This document shows, in pieces, positions 30,245 through 41,206 of a stretch of DNA of 64,000 nt. Position numbers and translations under genes: made by a program. How positions within the stretch are numbered: the first letter of the stretch is position 1; each line of letters starts with the position of its first letter. Source of the stretch: an uncultured Gammaproteobacteria bacterium (GTDB taxonomy: Bacteria; Pseudomonadota; Gammaproteobacteria; Eutrophobiales; Eutrophobiaceae); NCBI GenBank assembly GCA_943788815.1, contig CALSRS010000003.1:161193-225192 (forward strand), read 5' to 3'. The notes under the pieces were generated by a model. The model saw nothing but the letters and a program-made list of their open reading frames with translations, made no database searches and was not told the origin of the DNA.

Positions 30245-31309
30245 ATGACTACTGGTCCAATAATGCTGGATATTGAGGGAACTGAGTTAACGCCAGAAGA
30301 TATCGAACTTCTAAAGCACCCAGATACCGGTGGTGTAATTTTGTTCTCAAGAAATTTTGCTGACATTGAGCAGCTCTCATTTCTTACGTCTCAAATTAAA
30401 AAACTAAACAAAACTGAATTAATAATTGGTGTTGATCATGAAGGTGGACGTATACAAAGATTTAAAGATGAATTTACCAGGCTTCCGCCAAGTCGATTGC
30501 TGGGTGAACTATATGAAAAAGATAGACGAAAGGCAGCTCAGTTAGCTGAATCTACTGGATGGTTAATGGCAGCTGAACTTTTGGCAGTTGGTGTTGATTT
30601 TAGTTTTGCCCCGGTGCTTGATTTAGACAGGGGTAACAGTCAGGTTATTGGTGACAGGGCATTTCACCACTCTGCTGACATCGTTGCTGAGCTGGCGAAG
30701 CACTTAATTAAAGGGATGCGTAAAGCGGGCATGGAAGGAGTGGGTAAACATTTTCCCGGTCACGGATGGGTTAAGGAAGATTCTCATGTGGCTGTTCCAA
30801 GAGATCCGCGTCAATATGAAGATATGATGTTATCAGATTTGATCCCATTTGAACGTCTAATAAATGCCGGTATTTCTGCAATTATGCCTGCTCATGTGAT
30901 CTATGAAAAAATTGATAAATATCCTGCAGGATTTTCTAAGATCTGGTTAACAGAATTGTTACGAAATCAAATGGGATTTCATGGAATGATATTTAGTGAT
31001 GATATTACGATGGCAGGTGCCGAAGTACTGGGTTCACCTATGGATAGAACCAGTGCAGCATTAGAAGCAGGATGTGACATGGTGTTGATATGTAATAACC
31101 GACAAGCGGTATACGAGGTACTAGATAATGTTAAGTTTGGACCTATGCCTGCATCTCGAGTGAGATTAATGAGGATGTACGGTAAAACGTCAAATATAAA
31201 TATGCTTGAATTGAAAAGAACAGAAAATTGGAAAAGTATTTCAAATCAGGTCTCTTTTCTGGATAAGGAACCTGAACTGGATCTGGGTGACGATGAATAT
31301 CATGCGTAA
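30245..31309 (+). CDS. nagZ: Beta-N-acetylhexosaminidase NagZ (GH3)
   Basis: IMLDIEGTELTPEDIELLKHP...GGVILFSRN; KHFPGHG; 354 aa. Confidence 0.9.
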   Translation: MTTGPIMLDIEGTELTPEDIELLKHPDTGGVILFSRNFADIEQLSFLTSQIKKLNKTELIIGVDHEGGRIQRFKDEFTRLPPSRLLGELYEKDRRKAAQLAESTGWLMAAELLAVGVDFSFAPVLDLDRGNSQVIGDRAFHHSADIVAELAKHLIKGMRKAGMEGVGKHFPGHGWVKEDSHVAVPRDPRQYEDMMLSDLIPFERLINAGISAIMPAHVIYEKIDKYPAGFSKIWLTELLRNQMGFHGMIFSDDITMAGAEVLGSPMDRTSAALEAGCDMVLICNNRQAVYEVLDNVKFGPMPASRVRLMRMYGKTSNINMLELKRTENWKSISNQVSFLDKEPELDLGDDEYHA

Positions 31310-32213
31310 TAACATTATAGCATTTTTATTAATTCTGTTTTTGCATATTCCTCTGGCTTATGGTGAATTTTTGTGTCGGCCATATGAAGTAGTAGAAAAT
31401 ACTAACTCAGGTTTAAATAAATTTAAGAATGGTCTGCTTTGGAAAATAAGTCATAATGAAAAAGTATTTGGATATCTATATGGAACTATCCATATAGGTG
31501 ACAGTGAAGTACTTAATCTACACGAGTCCGTAATACAAAGTTTAATGGCAAGTGATAATTTTTTAATGGAAGTAGTACCCCAACCTGAAGATGTATTAGA
31601 GATGTCTACGACCATGTTTTTTATGGATGGTAACAGGCTGGAAAACATCGTCAATCAGGAGATATTCAACAAAACAATAACTATATTGAGCAACTATGGG
31701 TTTACCAGGGAAATGGTTTCAGTAATGCAGCCATGGGCAGCGTATATTGTTATGAGCTATCCCAAAAATCCAGGTGAGATTCTCGATTTTAAGCTAATGG
31801 AGATAGCGCAAAGTAATGGTGCCCATGTATCTGGACTTGAATCTGCAATGGAGCAGGTGAAAATTTTTAGTGATCTTAGTTTGGATGATCAGGCAAGAAT
31901 TTTGACCGATGCAGTATGCCATTACGAGAATACCACCGAAGATTTTAATGAAGTGAAAAATCATTATTTAAACAGGGATCTTGATAGTCTGTATTCATTT
32001 AGTGAAAAATATACCTTTGGTGACGATTCTGTTTACGAGCGTATTGCAATGGAATTAATAACTTATCGTAATGGTAAGATGGTAGATGGAATTTTGGAGT
32101 ATTTGAGTAGTGGAATTACATTTATTGCAGTTGGTGCAATGCATCTCCCCGGAGAAGATGGGATATTAAATCAATTGGAACTACGAGCATATAATATTGA
32201 GAAGATTTACTAA
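31302..32213 (+). CDS. TraB/GumN family protein
   Basis: GYLYGTIHIGD...AVGAMHLPGEDGILNQL. A GTG at 31287 is the ORF-track start. The ATG at 31302 gives a signal-like N-terminus and overlaps the nagZ end. Confidence 0.65.
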   Translation: MRNNIIAFLLILFLHIPLAYGEFLCRPYEVVENTNSGLNKFKNGLLWKISHNEKVFGYLYGTIHIGDSEVLNLHESVIQSLMASDNFLMEVVPQPEDVLEMSTTMFFMDGNRLENIVNQEIFNKTITILSNYGFTREMVSVMQPWAAYIVMSYPKNPGEILDFKLMEIAQSNGAHVSGLESAMEQVKIFSDLSLDDQARILTDAVCHYENTTEDFNEVKNHYLNRDLDSLYSFSEKYTFGDDSVYERIAMELITYRNGKMVDGILEYLSSGITFIAVGAMHLPGEDGILNQLELRAYNIEKIY

Positions 32214-32222
32214 GGGATCGGT

Positions 32223-33353
32223 ATGAATATTTCGGAATACATCAACAAAATTGTGGCATACCTGCAAACGGACGCATGGATAATCCAGGTTTTTATTATA
32301 GTATTTATATCTCTAATAGCAGACTTTATACAGAAACGTCTCATTTCAAGATTTCTTATAAAATTGGAGAAGACAGAAAATTTTTGGGATGATGCTCTTT
32401 TAGTCGCTTTGCAAGGACCGCTCAGTTTACTTATTTGGTTGTTAGGGCTGACATTTGCAGCAGACGTTGTCAGGTCTGTGTCTGATGCATATATCTTTAA
32501 TGCCGTTGCTCCTGTCCGTACTGTAGGATCCGTAATCATTGTTGCCTGGTATATTTCGCGTTTTATTCTTTATGCGGAAGAAAATATATTAAAACGTAGC
32601 GAGATCATCGGTAAACCTGTAGATAGAACGACAGCAGATGCAATTGCAAAACTGCTCAGAATTTCCGTTTATATCACTGCAATTATGGTGATATTACAAA
32701 CCCTGGGTTACAGCATTTCTGGTGTACTTGCCTTTGGTGGAATTAGTGGAATCGCTGTAGGTTTTGCAGCAAAAGATTTACTGTCAAACTTTTTTGGTGG
32801 ATTAATGATTTACCTGGACAGGCCATTTGCAGTAGGAGACTGGATCAGGTCCCCGGACAGAGAAATTGAAGGTACAGTAGAAGCAATTGGGTGGAGGTTA
32901 ACCCGTATCAGAACATTCGATAAGCGACCGATTTATGTGCCTAACTCTATTTTTACCAGTATAACGGTAGAGAATCCGTCAAGAATGACGAGCCGAAAAC
33001 TCTACGAAACGATCGGAATACGCTACGATGATGTCGATAAAATGGAAGATATCGTAAAAGATGTAAAACAAATGCTTATAGAACATCCTGAAATAGATGC
33101 TCATCAAACAATGATTGTTAATTTTAATAAATTTGCATCATCATCTCTTGATTTTTTTATATACACATTTACCAAAACCACACAGTGGGTAAAATTTCAT
33201 GAAGTAAAACAGGATGTCATGTTAAAGATAATCAGGATCATAGAGTCCCGCGGGGCACAATGTGCATTTCCAACTTCCACCGTTCATGTCCCGGAAAGTG
33301 TTAATATTTCCAGCGGAGTGTCGGATGGGTATAAGCCTATAACTGAGGATTAA
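32223..33353 (+). CDS. Mechanosensitive ion channel (MscS family)
   Basis: 376 aa with TM helices and an MscS beta-domain (GDWIRSPDREIEGTVEAIGWRLTRIRTFDKRPIYVPNS). Confidence 0.8.
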   Translation: MNISEYINKIVAYLQTDAWIIQVFIIVFISLIADFIQKRLISRFLIKLEKTENFWDDALLVALQGPLSLLIWLLGLTFAADVVRSVSDAYIFNAVAPVRTVGSVIIVAWYISRFILYAEENILKRSEIIGKPVDRTTADAIAKLLRISVYITAIMVILQTLGYSISGVLAFGGISGIAVGFAAKDLLSNFFGGLMIYLDRPFAVGDWIRSPDREIEGTVEAIGWRLTRIRTFDKRPIYVPNSIFTSITVENPSRMTSRKLYETIGIRYDDVDKMEDIVKDVKQMLIEHPEIDAHQTMIVNFNKFASSSLDFFIYTFTKTTQWVKFHEVKQDVMLKIIRIIESRGAQCAFPTSTVHVPESVNISSGVSDGYKPITED

Positions 33354-33355
33354 GG

Positions 33356-34186
33356 ATGTTGATTGAATTTACCAAAATGCATGGGTTGGGAAATGATTTT
33401 GTTGTAATAAATAACCTCGATGGCAGTATCAATCTTGACTCGGATAAAATCAGGTATATTTCCAATCGAAATACTGGCGTTGGGTGTGACCATGTATTGC
33501 TAATATGCTCAAGTAATAAACCTTCAGTTGACGTAATGTATCGAATTTTTAATGCTGATGGGAATGAAGCCGAGCAAAGTGGAAACGGAGTGCGATGCCT
33601 TGGTAAATATTTAGTAGATAAAGGGATTGTCGTTGAGAATGAAATGACTGTTGAAAATACTAAGGGACTAATCAAAATCAATGTTAACGATAACGGTGAT
33701 ATACAGGTAAATATGGGTAAACCTGTATTTGAACCAGAATTAATACCAATTAAAGCTTCAATGAGACAAAAAAAATATGAAGTTACTCTGAATGAAGCCG
33801 AGGTGAGTCTCTTTTCATTGTCTATGGGTAATCCTCATGCAGTAATACTTGTAGATGATGTTATAAATGCAGATGTGGGATGTATCGGACCACAGGTACA
33901 GCAAAGTGATTTGTTTCCTGAAGGTGTAAATGTGGGGTTTATGCAGATTCTAGATAATAAAAATGTCAAACTCAGGGTGTTTGAGCGAGGTGTAGGTGAG
34001 ACTATGGCCTGTGGAACGGGTGCGTGTGCCGCAGTGGTTTCAGGCATCATAGATGGCAAGCTTGATAATAATGTGAATGTTGAATTGACCGGTGGCTTAC
34101 TTGATATACGTTGGGATAAGCAAGATAGCGATGTGTGGATGACAGGACCGGCAATGACAGTATTTGAAGGAAAAATTAGTTTATGA
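33356..34186 (+). CDS. dapF: Diaminopimelate epimerase
   Basis: FTKMHGLGNDFVVIN; GNGVRC; ACGTGACA. Confidence 0.95.
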   Translation: MLIEFTKMHGLGNDFVVINNLDGSINLDSDKIRYISNRNTGVGCDHVLLICSSNKPSVDVMYRIFNADGNEAEQSGNGVRCLGKYLVDKGIVVENEMTVENTKGLIKINVNDNGDIQVNMGKPVFEPELIPIKASMRQKKYEVTLNEAEVSLFSLSMGNPHAVILVDDVINADVGCIGPQVQQSDLFPEGVNVGFMQILDNKNVKLRVFERGVGETMACGTGACAAVVSGIIDGKLDNNVNVELTGGLLDIRWDKQDSDVWMTGPAMTVFEGKISL

Positions 34187-34884
34187 GCAATGCAAAAGAA
34201 AGTGATGGACCAAATTTAAAAGCTGAAGATGTATCAGAATTTTTATTATGTAACCCAGATTATTTTATAGCAAACCCGGAAGTTTTAACAGCAATACAGG
34301 TTCCACATGTCACGGGAGAGGCTGTATCTCTTGTTGAGAAGCAATTATCCTTGTTAAGAGAACAAAACAGCCAGGCACAAAAGCAATTGCATGATTTAAT
34401 CGAAATTGCCAGACAAAATGAAGAGCTTGCCAGGAGAATGCATTTACTGTCGCTGACATTAATGGATGCAGCTGAGCCCAGAGATATTTTTACGACCTTA
34501 TATGAAGATTTGAAAGAAAATTTCAAGGTAAACCACGTGTCTGTCAGGTTATTTGCAAAACCTGCCTTTGTTGATACCTATGCGGGACCGGAGTTTGCCG
34601 GACCAGATATTCCTGAAAAAGGTCTGTTTGACTCAATTATTAATAAAAGAATTCCTATTAGCGGACGCCTGAAAAGACAGCAGCAGGTATTCTTATTTGA
34701 CGATGATGGAGATGATATTGCTTCGGCAGTAATAGTTCCCTTGCATGGAAAAGGGTGGGGAGGCGTATTGTCGATTGCAAGCAAAGACTCAAACCGATTT
34801 ACAGAAAGTATGGGTGTTGAGCTGCTTGCTAATTTGGGAGAGATATTAAGTTTTATCGTAAAACCCTGGATTGTGGAATCTTAG
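34183..34884 (+). CDS. yigA: DUF484 family protein (YigA-like)
   Basis: The ATGA overlap with dapF, 233 aa length, and N-terminal NPDYFIANPEVLTAIQVPH...VSLVE are as in E. coli YigA. The dapF-yigA-xerC synteny is also present. Confidence 0.75.
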   Translation: MSNAKESDGPNLKAEDVSEFLLCNPDYFIANPEVLTAIQVPHVTGEAVSLVEKQLSLLREQNSQAQKQLHDLIEIARQNEELARRMHLLSLTLMDAAEPRDIFTTLYEDLKENFKVNHVSVRLFAKPAFVDTYAGPEFAGPDIPEKGLFDSIINKRIPISGRLKRQQQVFLFDDDGDDIASAVIVPLHGKGWGGVLSIASKDSNRFTESMGVELLANLGEILSFIVKPWIVES

Positions 34885-34904
34885 TTTCATTCAGTCATTG
34901 TTAA

Positions 34905-35798
34905 ATGAATAAATCTGACAAACTAAAATTATCAGAATTTCTGGAAACACTACATCACCTCTCCAGACATACTCAAATCGCTTATGAGCATGATATTAAG
35001 TTATTGCTGGATTACTGCAATATAAATGGTATCAGCTCATGGAAAAATCTCGATGGCAGACAGGTTAGTGCTTATATAGCATCACGTCATAGACAAGGTA
35101 TTGGTGGAAAAACATTACAACGCAACCTGTCAGCGATAAGGGCATTTTATCGCTACCTTAATAAGCTGGGGCATACGCCTAATAATCCAGCGCAGGGTAT
35201 AGCAACACCTAAAACAGAGAAAAAGCTGCCTAAAACACTTGATGTAGACCAAACTGTTCAATTGGTTGAAATTAATGATTCCAATCCCCTGGCGATCAGA
35301 GACAGGGCAATTCTTGAGTTAATTTATTCGTCCGGATTAAGACTTTCTGAGCTTGTTAACCTGAATTTGGATGGTATAGACCTAAGCGAAGCATTGGTTA
35401 CAGTGACCGGGAAAGGAAAGAAAATACGAAAAGTTCCAGTCGGCGTAAAGGCAATAAGCGCAATTACTAACTGGTTAAATATAAGGTCTGATTTTGTGAA
35501 TCATGATGAGAAGGCCTTGTTTGTCAGTCAACGTGGTTCACGCCTGGGCGCAAGGTCTATACAAAAGCGTATAGGACAGTGGGCTATAAAACAAGGTTTG
35601 GCAACAGATGTACATCCTCATATGTTAAGACACTCCTTTGCATCACATATACTGGAATCGAGTAGCGATCTAAGAGCTGTACAGGAACTTTTAGGTCACT
35701 CAGACATTAGTACAACGCAAATATATACTCATCTCGATTTTCAACACCTTGCCAAAGTTTACGACAAGGCACATCCGCGGGCAAAAAAACAAAATTAG
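34905..35798 (+). CDS. xerC: Tyrosine recombinase XerC
   Basis: The R..HxxR..Y catalytic set is present (HMLRHSFASHIL...LGHSDISTTQIYTHL). Confidence 0.9.
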   Translation: MNKSDKLKLSEFLETLHHLSRHTQIAYEHDIKLLLDYCNINGISSWKNLDGRQVSAYIASRHRQGIGGKTLQRNLSAIRAFYRYLNKLGHTPNNPAQGIATPKTEKKLPKTLDVDQTVQLVEINDSNPLAIRDRAILELIYSSGLRLSELVNLNLDGIDLSEALVTVTGKGKKIRKVPVGVKAISAITNWLNIRSDFVNHDEKALFVSQRGSRLGARSIQKRIGQWAIKQGLATDVHPHMLRHSFASHILESSSDLRAVQELLGHSDISTTQIYTHLDFQHLAKVYDKAHPRAKKQN

Positions 35799-35913
35799 TT
35801 AAATTCGTAAATTATCGCTGTGCGATATTTCCATATCGTCGTAGAAAGGTCTCACCTATTATTAGATTACTTAGTGTAAAATATCTTGTTTTACAGAATT
35901 GGAGGTATTAATT

Positions 35914-36453
35914 TTGGAACAATTCAAGGGCACAACAATTCTTTCCGTTAGAAGGGAGGGGCATGTTGTTACTGGAGGAGATGGTCAAGTATCACTTGGT
36001 GATACGGTAATGAAAGGTAATGCCAGGAAAGTAAAGCGATTGTACCAGGAAAAGGTAATTGCTGGCTTTGCCGGCGGCACTGCCGATGCATTTACTTTAT
36101 TTGAAAGATTTGAAGGAAAACTGGAGCAGTATTCAGGCAATCTTGCTCGTTCAGCTGTGGAACTTGCAAAGGACTGGCGAACGGACAGGATGTTACGCAG
36201 ATTAGAAGCCATGCTATGTGTTGCAGATGAGACAACCTCATTAGTTATTTCAGGTAATGGTGATGTCATAGAGCCTGAAGATAATATTATGGCAATTGGG
36301 TCTGGTGGCAACTATGCTAAATCTGCAGCAATGGCATTGATGAATAATACCGATCTTGATGCAAGAAACGTTGTTGAAACTTCACTGGGTATAGCTGCAG
36401 ATATTTGTATATATACTAATCACTCATTGGTAATAGAAGAAATTAAATATTAA
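35914..36453 (+). CDS. hslV: ATP-dependent protease subunit HslV
   Basis: [34 protein letters not shown]. No ATG precedes the catalytic Thr. The TTG at 35914 has a GGAGG SD sequence 8 nt upstream and gives MEQFKG-TT..., whereas the TTG at 35899 (ORF track) has no SD sequence. Confidence 0.9.
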   Translation: MEQFKGTTILSVRREGHVVTGGDGQVSLGDTVMKGNARKVKRLYQEKVIAGFAGGTADAFTLFERFEGKLEQYSGNLARSAVELAKDWRTDRMLRRLEAMLCVADETTSLVISGNGDVIEPEDNIMAIGSGGNYAKSAAMALMNNTDLDARNVVETSLGIAADICIYTNHSLVIEEIKY

Positions 36454-36465
36454 CGGCAAAAGAAA

Positions 36466-37788
36466 ATGGAAGAGTTAACACCACAACAAATAGTCAATGA
36501 ACTAGATAAGCATATTATCGGTCAAGATGCTGCAAAACATGCTGTGGCCATCGCACTGCGAAATAGATGGCGTCGTATGAATGTCGATGAGTCCTTAAGA
36601 AATGAGATTACACCAAAGAATATTTTAATGATTGGTCCCACGGGTGTTGGAAAAACAGAAATTGCACGTAGATTAGCCAGGTTGGCAAATGCACCATTTA
36701 TAAAAATAGAAGCGACGAAGTTCACAGAGGTTGGATATGTTGGTCGTGACGTCGAGTCTATAATTCGAGACCTTGCAGATGTTTCAGTAAAAATGACGCG
36801 GGAATTGGAATTTGAAAAAGTTTGGCCCAGGGCACAAGAAGCTGCTAAGGAAAGGATACTCGATATTCTTCTTCCACAGGCAAGAGATATCGATGAGCCC
36901 GAAGAGAATGAAAATTCTACTAGAGAAAAATTTAGAAACTTGCTTGAAGAGGGAAAGCTTTCAGATAAGGAAGTTGAAATTGAAGTAAATATGCAAGCCA
37001 TTGGGGTTGAGATAATGGCACCCCCAGGCATGGAAGAAATGACCAGTCAATTGCAAGGTATTTTTCAAAATATGGGCAGCAATAAAAAGAAACTCCGGAA
37101 ATTAAAAATCCAGGATGCGCTTAAAGTGCTATCAGAAGAGGAAGCAGCAAAGCTTGTTAATGAAGATGACATAAAAGTTCAAGCAATAGAAAATGTTGAA
37201 CAAAATGGCCTGGTATTTCTGGACGAAATAGATAAAGTGACTCGGCGAGGTGACCATAGCGGTCCAGATGTTTCGCGAGAAGGTGTCCAAAGAGACCTAT
37301 TACCCTTAGTTGAGGGCTGTACTGTATCAACTCGCTATGGAATGGTTAAGACAGACCATATTTTATTTATTGCATCTGGTGCTTTTCATCTATCAAAACC
37401 TTCAGATCTTATTCCTGAACTACAGGGTAGGCTACCTATACGTGTTGAATTAAGGGCATTGCTTGCTGAAGACTTTGTCAGAATATTGACTGAGCCAGAT
37501 GCCTCCTTGACACAACAATATCAGGCACTAATGGCAACTGAGAATCTCAAGCTTGAATTTACTGATAATGGCATCGCGAGAATCGCAGAAATTGCCTGGA
37601 AGGTAAATGAATCAACAGAAAATATTGGGGCAAGGAGGCTGCATACTGTTATGGAAAAATTACTGGAAAAATTATCATTTGAGGCATCAGAATTATCTGG
37701 CAAATCAATTACTATTGATGATTTATATGTAAATCAGCAGTTAAATAATTTAATCGAGGATGAAGATCTTACAAGATATATTCTGTGA
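36466..37788 (+). CDS. hslU: ATP-dependent protease ATPase subunit HslU
   Basis: [15 protein letters not shown] Walker A; 440 aa. Confidence 0.95.
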   Translation: MEELTPQQIVNELDKHIIGQDAAKHAVAIALRNRWRRMNVDESLRNEITPKNILMIGPTGVGKTEIARRLARLANAPFIKIEATKFTEVGYVGRDVESIIRDLADVSVKMTRELEFEKVWPRAQEAAKERILDILLPQARDIDEPEENENSTREKFRNLLEEGKLSDKEVEIEVNMQAIGVEIMAPPGMEEMTSQLQGIFQNMGSNKKKLRKLKIQDALKVLSEEEAAKLVNEDDIKVQAIENVEQNGLVFLDEIDKVTRRGDHSGPDVSREGVQRDLLPLVEGCTVSTRYGMVKTDHILFIASGAFHLSKPSDLIPELQGRLPIRVELRALLAEDFVRILTEPDASLTQQYQALMATENLKLEFTDNGIARIAEIAWKVNESTENIGARRLHTVMEKLLEKLSFEASELSGKSITIDDLYVNQQLNNLIEDEDLTRYIL

Positions 37789-37803
37789 TTTTTAAATATT
37801 TAA

Positions 37804-38157
37804 ATGGCCAATATAGATTTAATTAAATTAAAAAAGAAGTCGAGAATATTACAGATTAAATTTGATGATGATCTGTCCGCAGACCTTGATTTTGAATATT
37901 TGCGAGTGCATTCTCCGTCTGCAGAAGTCAGGGGGCATGGTAAAGGTCAGGAAATATTACAAGTCGGTAAACAGGATGTGGTTTTGTTGGAAATACTCCC
38001 TGTTGGTAACTATGCCGTTAAACTGATTTTTGATGATGGACATGATAGTGGTATCTATACCTGGAACTACCTCTATGAATTAAGTATAAATAAAGATGAC
38101 TATTTGAAGGTTTATAAAAGTAAAGTAGAGATATTCAATAATCAGGAAAATTTATGA
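37804..38157 (+). CDS. DUF971 family protein (gamma-butyrobetaine hydroxylase-like N-terminal domain)
   Basis: 117 aa located upstream of ubiE with an ATGA overlap. It shows the LQIKFDD...YLRVHSPSAEV pattern. Confidence 0.7.
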   Translation: MANIDLIKLKKKSRILQIKFDDDLSADLDFEYLRVHSPSAEVRGHGKGQEILQVGKQDVVLLEILPVGNYAVKLIFDDGHDSGIYTWNYLYELSINKDDYLKVYKSKVEIFNNQENL

Positions 38158-38903
38158 GTAATACTGAATTTACAGATTTTGGAATTGAGAATATCCATCC
38201 AGATGAAAAACGAAAGCGTGTAAACGACCTGTTTGATTCAGTGGCATCAAATTATGATTTAATGAATGATTTAATGTCATTAGGAGTACACAGGTTATGG
38301 AAAAGATATGCAGCTCATATTTCCAATGTTAAATCTGGTGATATCGTTCTTGATGTCGCAGGTGGTACCGGCGACATGGCCAGGAAGTTTTCGCAGCGTG
38401 TTGGCGATCAGGGAAGTGTCTATATTTGTGACCTAAGTTATGAAATGCTTGCTATGGGTAGAAATCGCCTGATTAATTCGGGTGATTATAATAATATTAA
38501 AATCATACAAGGGGATGCAGAGAATCTGCCGTTTCAAGATAATCAGTTTGACATGATTTCAGTAGCATTTGGATTAAGAAACATGGCAGATAAACAACAA
38601 TCCTTAGCTTCGATGTATTCTAAATTAAAGTATGGAGGGAAATTATTAATTCTTGAATTTTCTCATCTAGTAATCAATATATTTAAACCACTATACCATT
38701 CATATTCTGATGGCTATATTCCTGCCTTGGGTAAAATAGTTGCCAGAGATGAACCAAGTTATCGATATCTTGTTGATTCAATTAAACGTCATCCCAATCA
38801 AGAAACCTTAAAAACTATGATAGAACAGGTCGGTTTTTCCAGGGTTTGTTATCATAATTTGTCTGGAGGTATCGTTGCTATCCATACGGCTTACAAACTC
38901 TAG
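38154..38903 (+). CDS. ubiE: Ubiquinone/menaquinone biosynthesis C-methyltransferase UbiE
   Basis: VLDVAGGTGD SAM motif and the UbiE N-terminus (KRVNDLFDSVASNYDLMNDLMS). Confidence 0.9.
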   Translation: MSNTEFTDFGIENIHPDEKRKRVNDLFDSVASNYDLMNDLMSLGVHRLWKRYAAHISNVKSGDIVLDVAGGTGDMARKFSQRVGDQGSVYICDLSYEMLAMGRNRLINSGDYNNIKIIQGDAENLPFQDNQFDMISVAFGLRNMADKQQSLASMYSKLKYGGKLLILEFSHLVINIFKPLYHSYSDGYIPALGKIVARDEPSYRYLVDSIKRHPNQETLKTMIEQVGFSRVCYHNLSGGIVAIHTAYKL

Positions 38904-38926
38904 ATTAATATATAGGTCATAATGCG

Positions 38927-39538
38927 TTGAGGCTAGATCTCTTTAATTCTTTTGAGCAGATGTTCAATAAAATTTTGCTTGATAACCCTGATTTGTTTGA
39001 TGAGATTCAGGAGCATAAGGGTAGCGTGCTTTATATTGAGTTACTAAATACTAAGACACATCTGACAATAATTATTGTAGAAAAGGGTATAGAAATAAGC
39101 GAAGAGCATGCTAGTAATCCTGACTTAATAATACGTGCAACTCCATTTGAACTGCTCAATTATTTTAAATTGGCCAATCAAAAAATAGCTCATGGGTCAG
39201 GTAAAATCGAAATTTCTGGGAATATTAATCTTGCACAGAGATTACAGACAATAATAGTAAGACTTAGTATAGATTGGGAAGATAAATTATCTGAACTCAT
39301 TGGAGATGAACTATCACATAGCCTTGGGTTCATGATTAGGAAAATATCAAAAAATGTGAGTTATGCTAAAAAGGAGTTTTTGTATAATGTTGCTGAATAT
39401 ATCAAATATGAAAATGACGTTATTATAAATGCAGATAAGCTTAATCATTTGAATAGAGCTATAGACCAACTTCGTGATGATGTGGAAAGACTGAAGTTCA
39501 GAATAAATCGGTTGTCTCCACCAACTGAAGGAGGTTGA
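38927..39538 (+). CDS. ubiJ: Ubiquinone biosynthesis accessory factor UbiJ (SCP2 domain)
   Basis: Located between ubiE and ubiB as in E. coli (yigP). 203 aa. The longest ORF starts at TTG 38927. An alternative ATG lies at 38960. Confidence 0.6.
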   Translation: MRLDLFNSFEQMFNKILLDNPDLFDEIQEHKGSVLYIELLNTKTHLTIIIVEKGIEISEEHASNPDLIIRATPFELLNYFKLANQKIAHGSGKIEISGNINLAQRLQTIIVRLSIDWEDKLSELIGDELSHSLGFMIRKISKNVSYAKKEFLYNVAEYIKYENDVIINADKLNHLNRAIDQLRDDVERLKFRINRLSPPTEGG

Positions 39539-39539
39539 T

Positions 39540-41201
39540 ATGTTAAGTCCTGGGCAAATACTACGATTATTGTACATACAACGAATTCTGATTCGTAACG
39601 GGCTTGATGAAATTGTATTTTCATTAAATTTATTCAGAAAAGTCAGGTTTCTTCAGTATTTATTACCCTGGAACTGGAAGAAAAAAGTCAGGTCACCCCG
39701 TGGTGTAAGGATACGGACTGTGCTGGAGGAATTAGGGCCTATTTATATAAAATTTGGGCAAATATTATCTACTCGGCGTGACATGTTGCCAGATGACATT
39801 TCTTTAGAGCTGGCAAAATTGCAGGATAATGTTCCTCCGTTTCCCGGTGAAGTAGCAAGAGATATTATCGAAAAATCATTAAATACCAGGCTTACTAATA
39901 TATTTGAAGATTTTGACCTTGTACCTCTAGCATCTGCATCTATTGCACAGGTACATACAGCCAGACTAAATGATGGCAGAGAAATGATAGTCAAGGTAGT
40001 CAGGCCAGGGATAGAGAAAATAATACGTCGAGATCTCGGCTTAATGCATATCATTGCTGAAATGGCTGAAAGCTATTCAGGTGATTTTCATAATTTACGT
40101 CCCACTGGTGTGGTTAAGGAATTTGAGAAAACACTACTGGATGAACTTGATTTGATGCGTGAAGCAGCTAATGCATCACAATTGCGACGAAATTTTACAG
40201 ACTCTCATATCCTTTATGTTCCTCAGGTTGAGTGGGAATATACCAGACATGATGTCATGGTTATGGAGAGAATCCAGGGAATTCCGATAAATGATTTTCA
40301 AGCATTGCGTGATGCTGACATTAACTTTCAATGGCTTGCAGAAGCTGGGGTAGAGGTATTTTTCACCCAGGTATTTCGAGACAGTTACTTTCACGCAGAT
40401 ATGCACCCAGGAAATATTTTTGTAAAACCAGGTGTAGATGGTGAGCAGGCAAAAATAATGGTGGTTGACTTCGGGATAATGAGTTCGTTAAGCGAATTTG
40501 ATAAACGCTATCTGGCAGAAAATTTTCTCGCATTTTTAAATAAGGATTATCAAAAAGTTGCAGAATTACATGTGCAATCAGGCTGGGTTCCTGCAGGGAC
40601 CAGGGTGGATGAGTTTGAATTTGCAATCCGTGCAGTTTGTGAACCTTTGTTTGATAGACCTCTCAAGGACATATCGTTTGGCACTTTATTATTACGACTA
40701 TTCCAGACAGCAGAGCGATTTAATATGGTAATCATGCCTCAATTATTACTTTTACAAAAGACCCTTGTTAATATCGAAGGACTTGGACGAGAACTCTATC
40801 CTGATTTAAATCTATGGAAAACAGCAAGGCCACATCTTGAACGATGGATGACTGATCGTACAGGTATCCGTGGATTGATAAAGGGAACACAGGAAAATTT
40901 TCCATACTGGGTTGATAGATTGCCAGAATTGCCAACTGGCTTACTCGATTTGCTAGATAGAATAAGAGAAGGCAGATTTAAATTCGAATGGAAACAGGAT
41001 GAACTGGAAAAACTGAGAAAAGAAATGCAGCTTAGTAACCGTAGAACTATCCTGGCAATAATTGGCGCAACATTAATGATTGGGTGTTTTATTTTATTAG
41101 GGTTTAATAATCCGATCCTTGGATTAGCAGATACAACGATGATTACCTGGATGCTAGGTGTCATTGGTACTCTTATACTTTATCTATCCTATATTAGATA
41201 A
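39540..41201 (+). CDS. ubiB: Ubiquinone biosynthesis protein kinase-like UbiB (ABC1 family)
   Basis: 553 aa with ABC1 kinase motifs (ASIAQVH; HADMHPGN; VDFG) and C-terminal TM helices. An AGGAGG SD sequence is present. Confidence 0.9.
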   Translation: MLSPGQILRLLYIQRILIRNGLDEIVFSLNLFRKVRFLQYLLPWNWKKKVRSPRGVRIRTVLEELGPIYIKFGQILSTRRDMLPDDISLELAKLQDNVPPFPGEVARDIIEKSLNTRLTNIFEDFDLVPLASASIAQVHTARLNDGREMIVKVVRPGIEKIIRRDLGLMHIIAEMAESYSGDFHNLRPTGVVKEFEKTLLDELDLMREAANASQLRRNFTDSHILYVPQVEWEYTRHDVMVMERIQGIPINDFQALRDADINFQWLAEAGVEVFFTQVFRDSYFHADMHPGNIFVKPGVDGEQAKIMVVDFGIMSSLSEFDKRYLAENFLAFLNKDYQKVAELHVQSGWVPAGTRVDEFEFAIRAVCEPLFDRPLKDISFGTLLLRLFQTAERFNMVIMPQLLLLQKTLVNIEGLGRELYPDLNLWKTARPHLERWMTDRTGIRGLIKGTQENFPYWVDRLPELPTGLLDLLDRIREGRFKFEWKQDELEKLRKEMQLSNRRTILAIIGATLMIGCFILLGFNNPILGLADTTMITWMLGVIGTLILYLSYIR

Positions 41202-41206
41202 TTAGC

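Noticed and set aside
36522-37031. A 169-aa minus-strand ORF lies inside hslU, and there are similar antisense ORFs elsewhere (for example 912..1163, 1889..2143, 5704..5985, 8649..8885, 9820..10179, 22175..22681, 22573..22920, 39743..40054, 40796..41164, 54070..54537, 54562..54990 and 55497..55826).
   Set aside because: Each is fully embedded antisense or out-of-frame within a strongly supported conserved gene. The products are low-complexity Ser/Pro/Leu-rich translations typical of shadow ORFs, and no independent SD sequence or promoter is evident.
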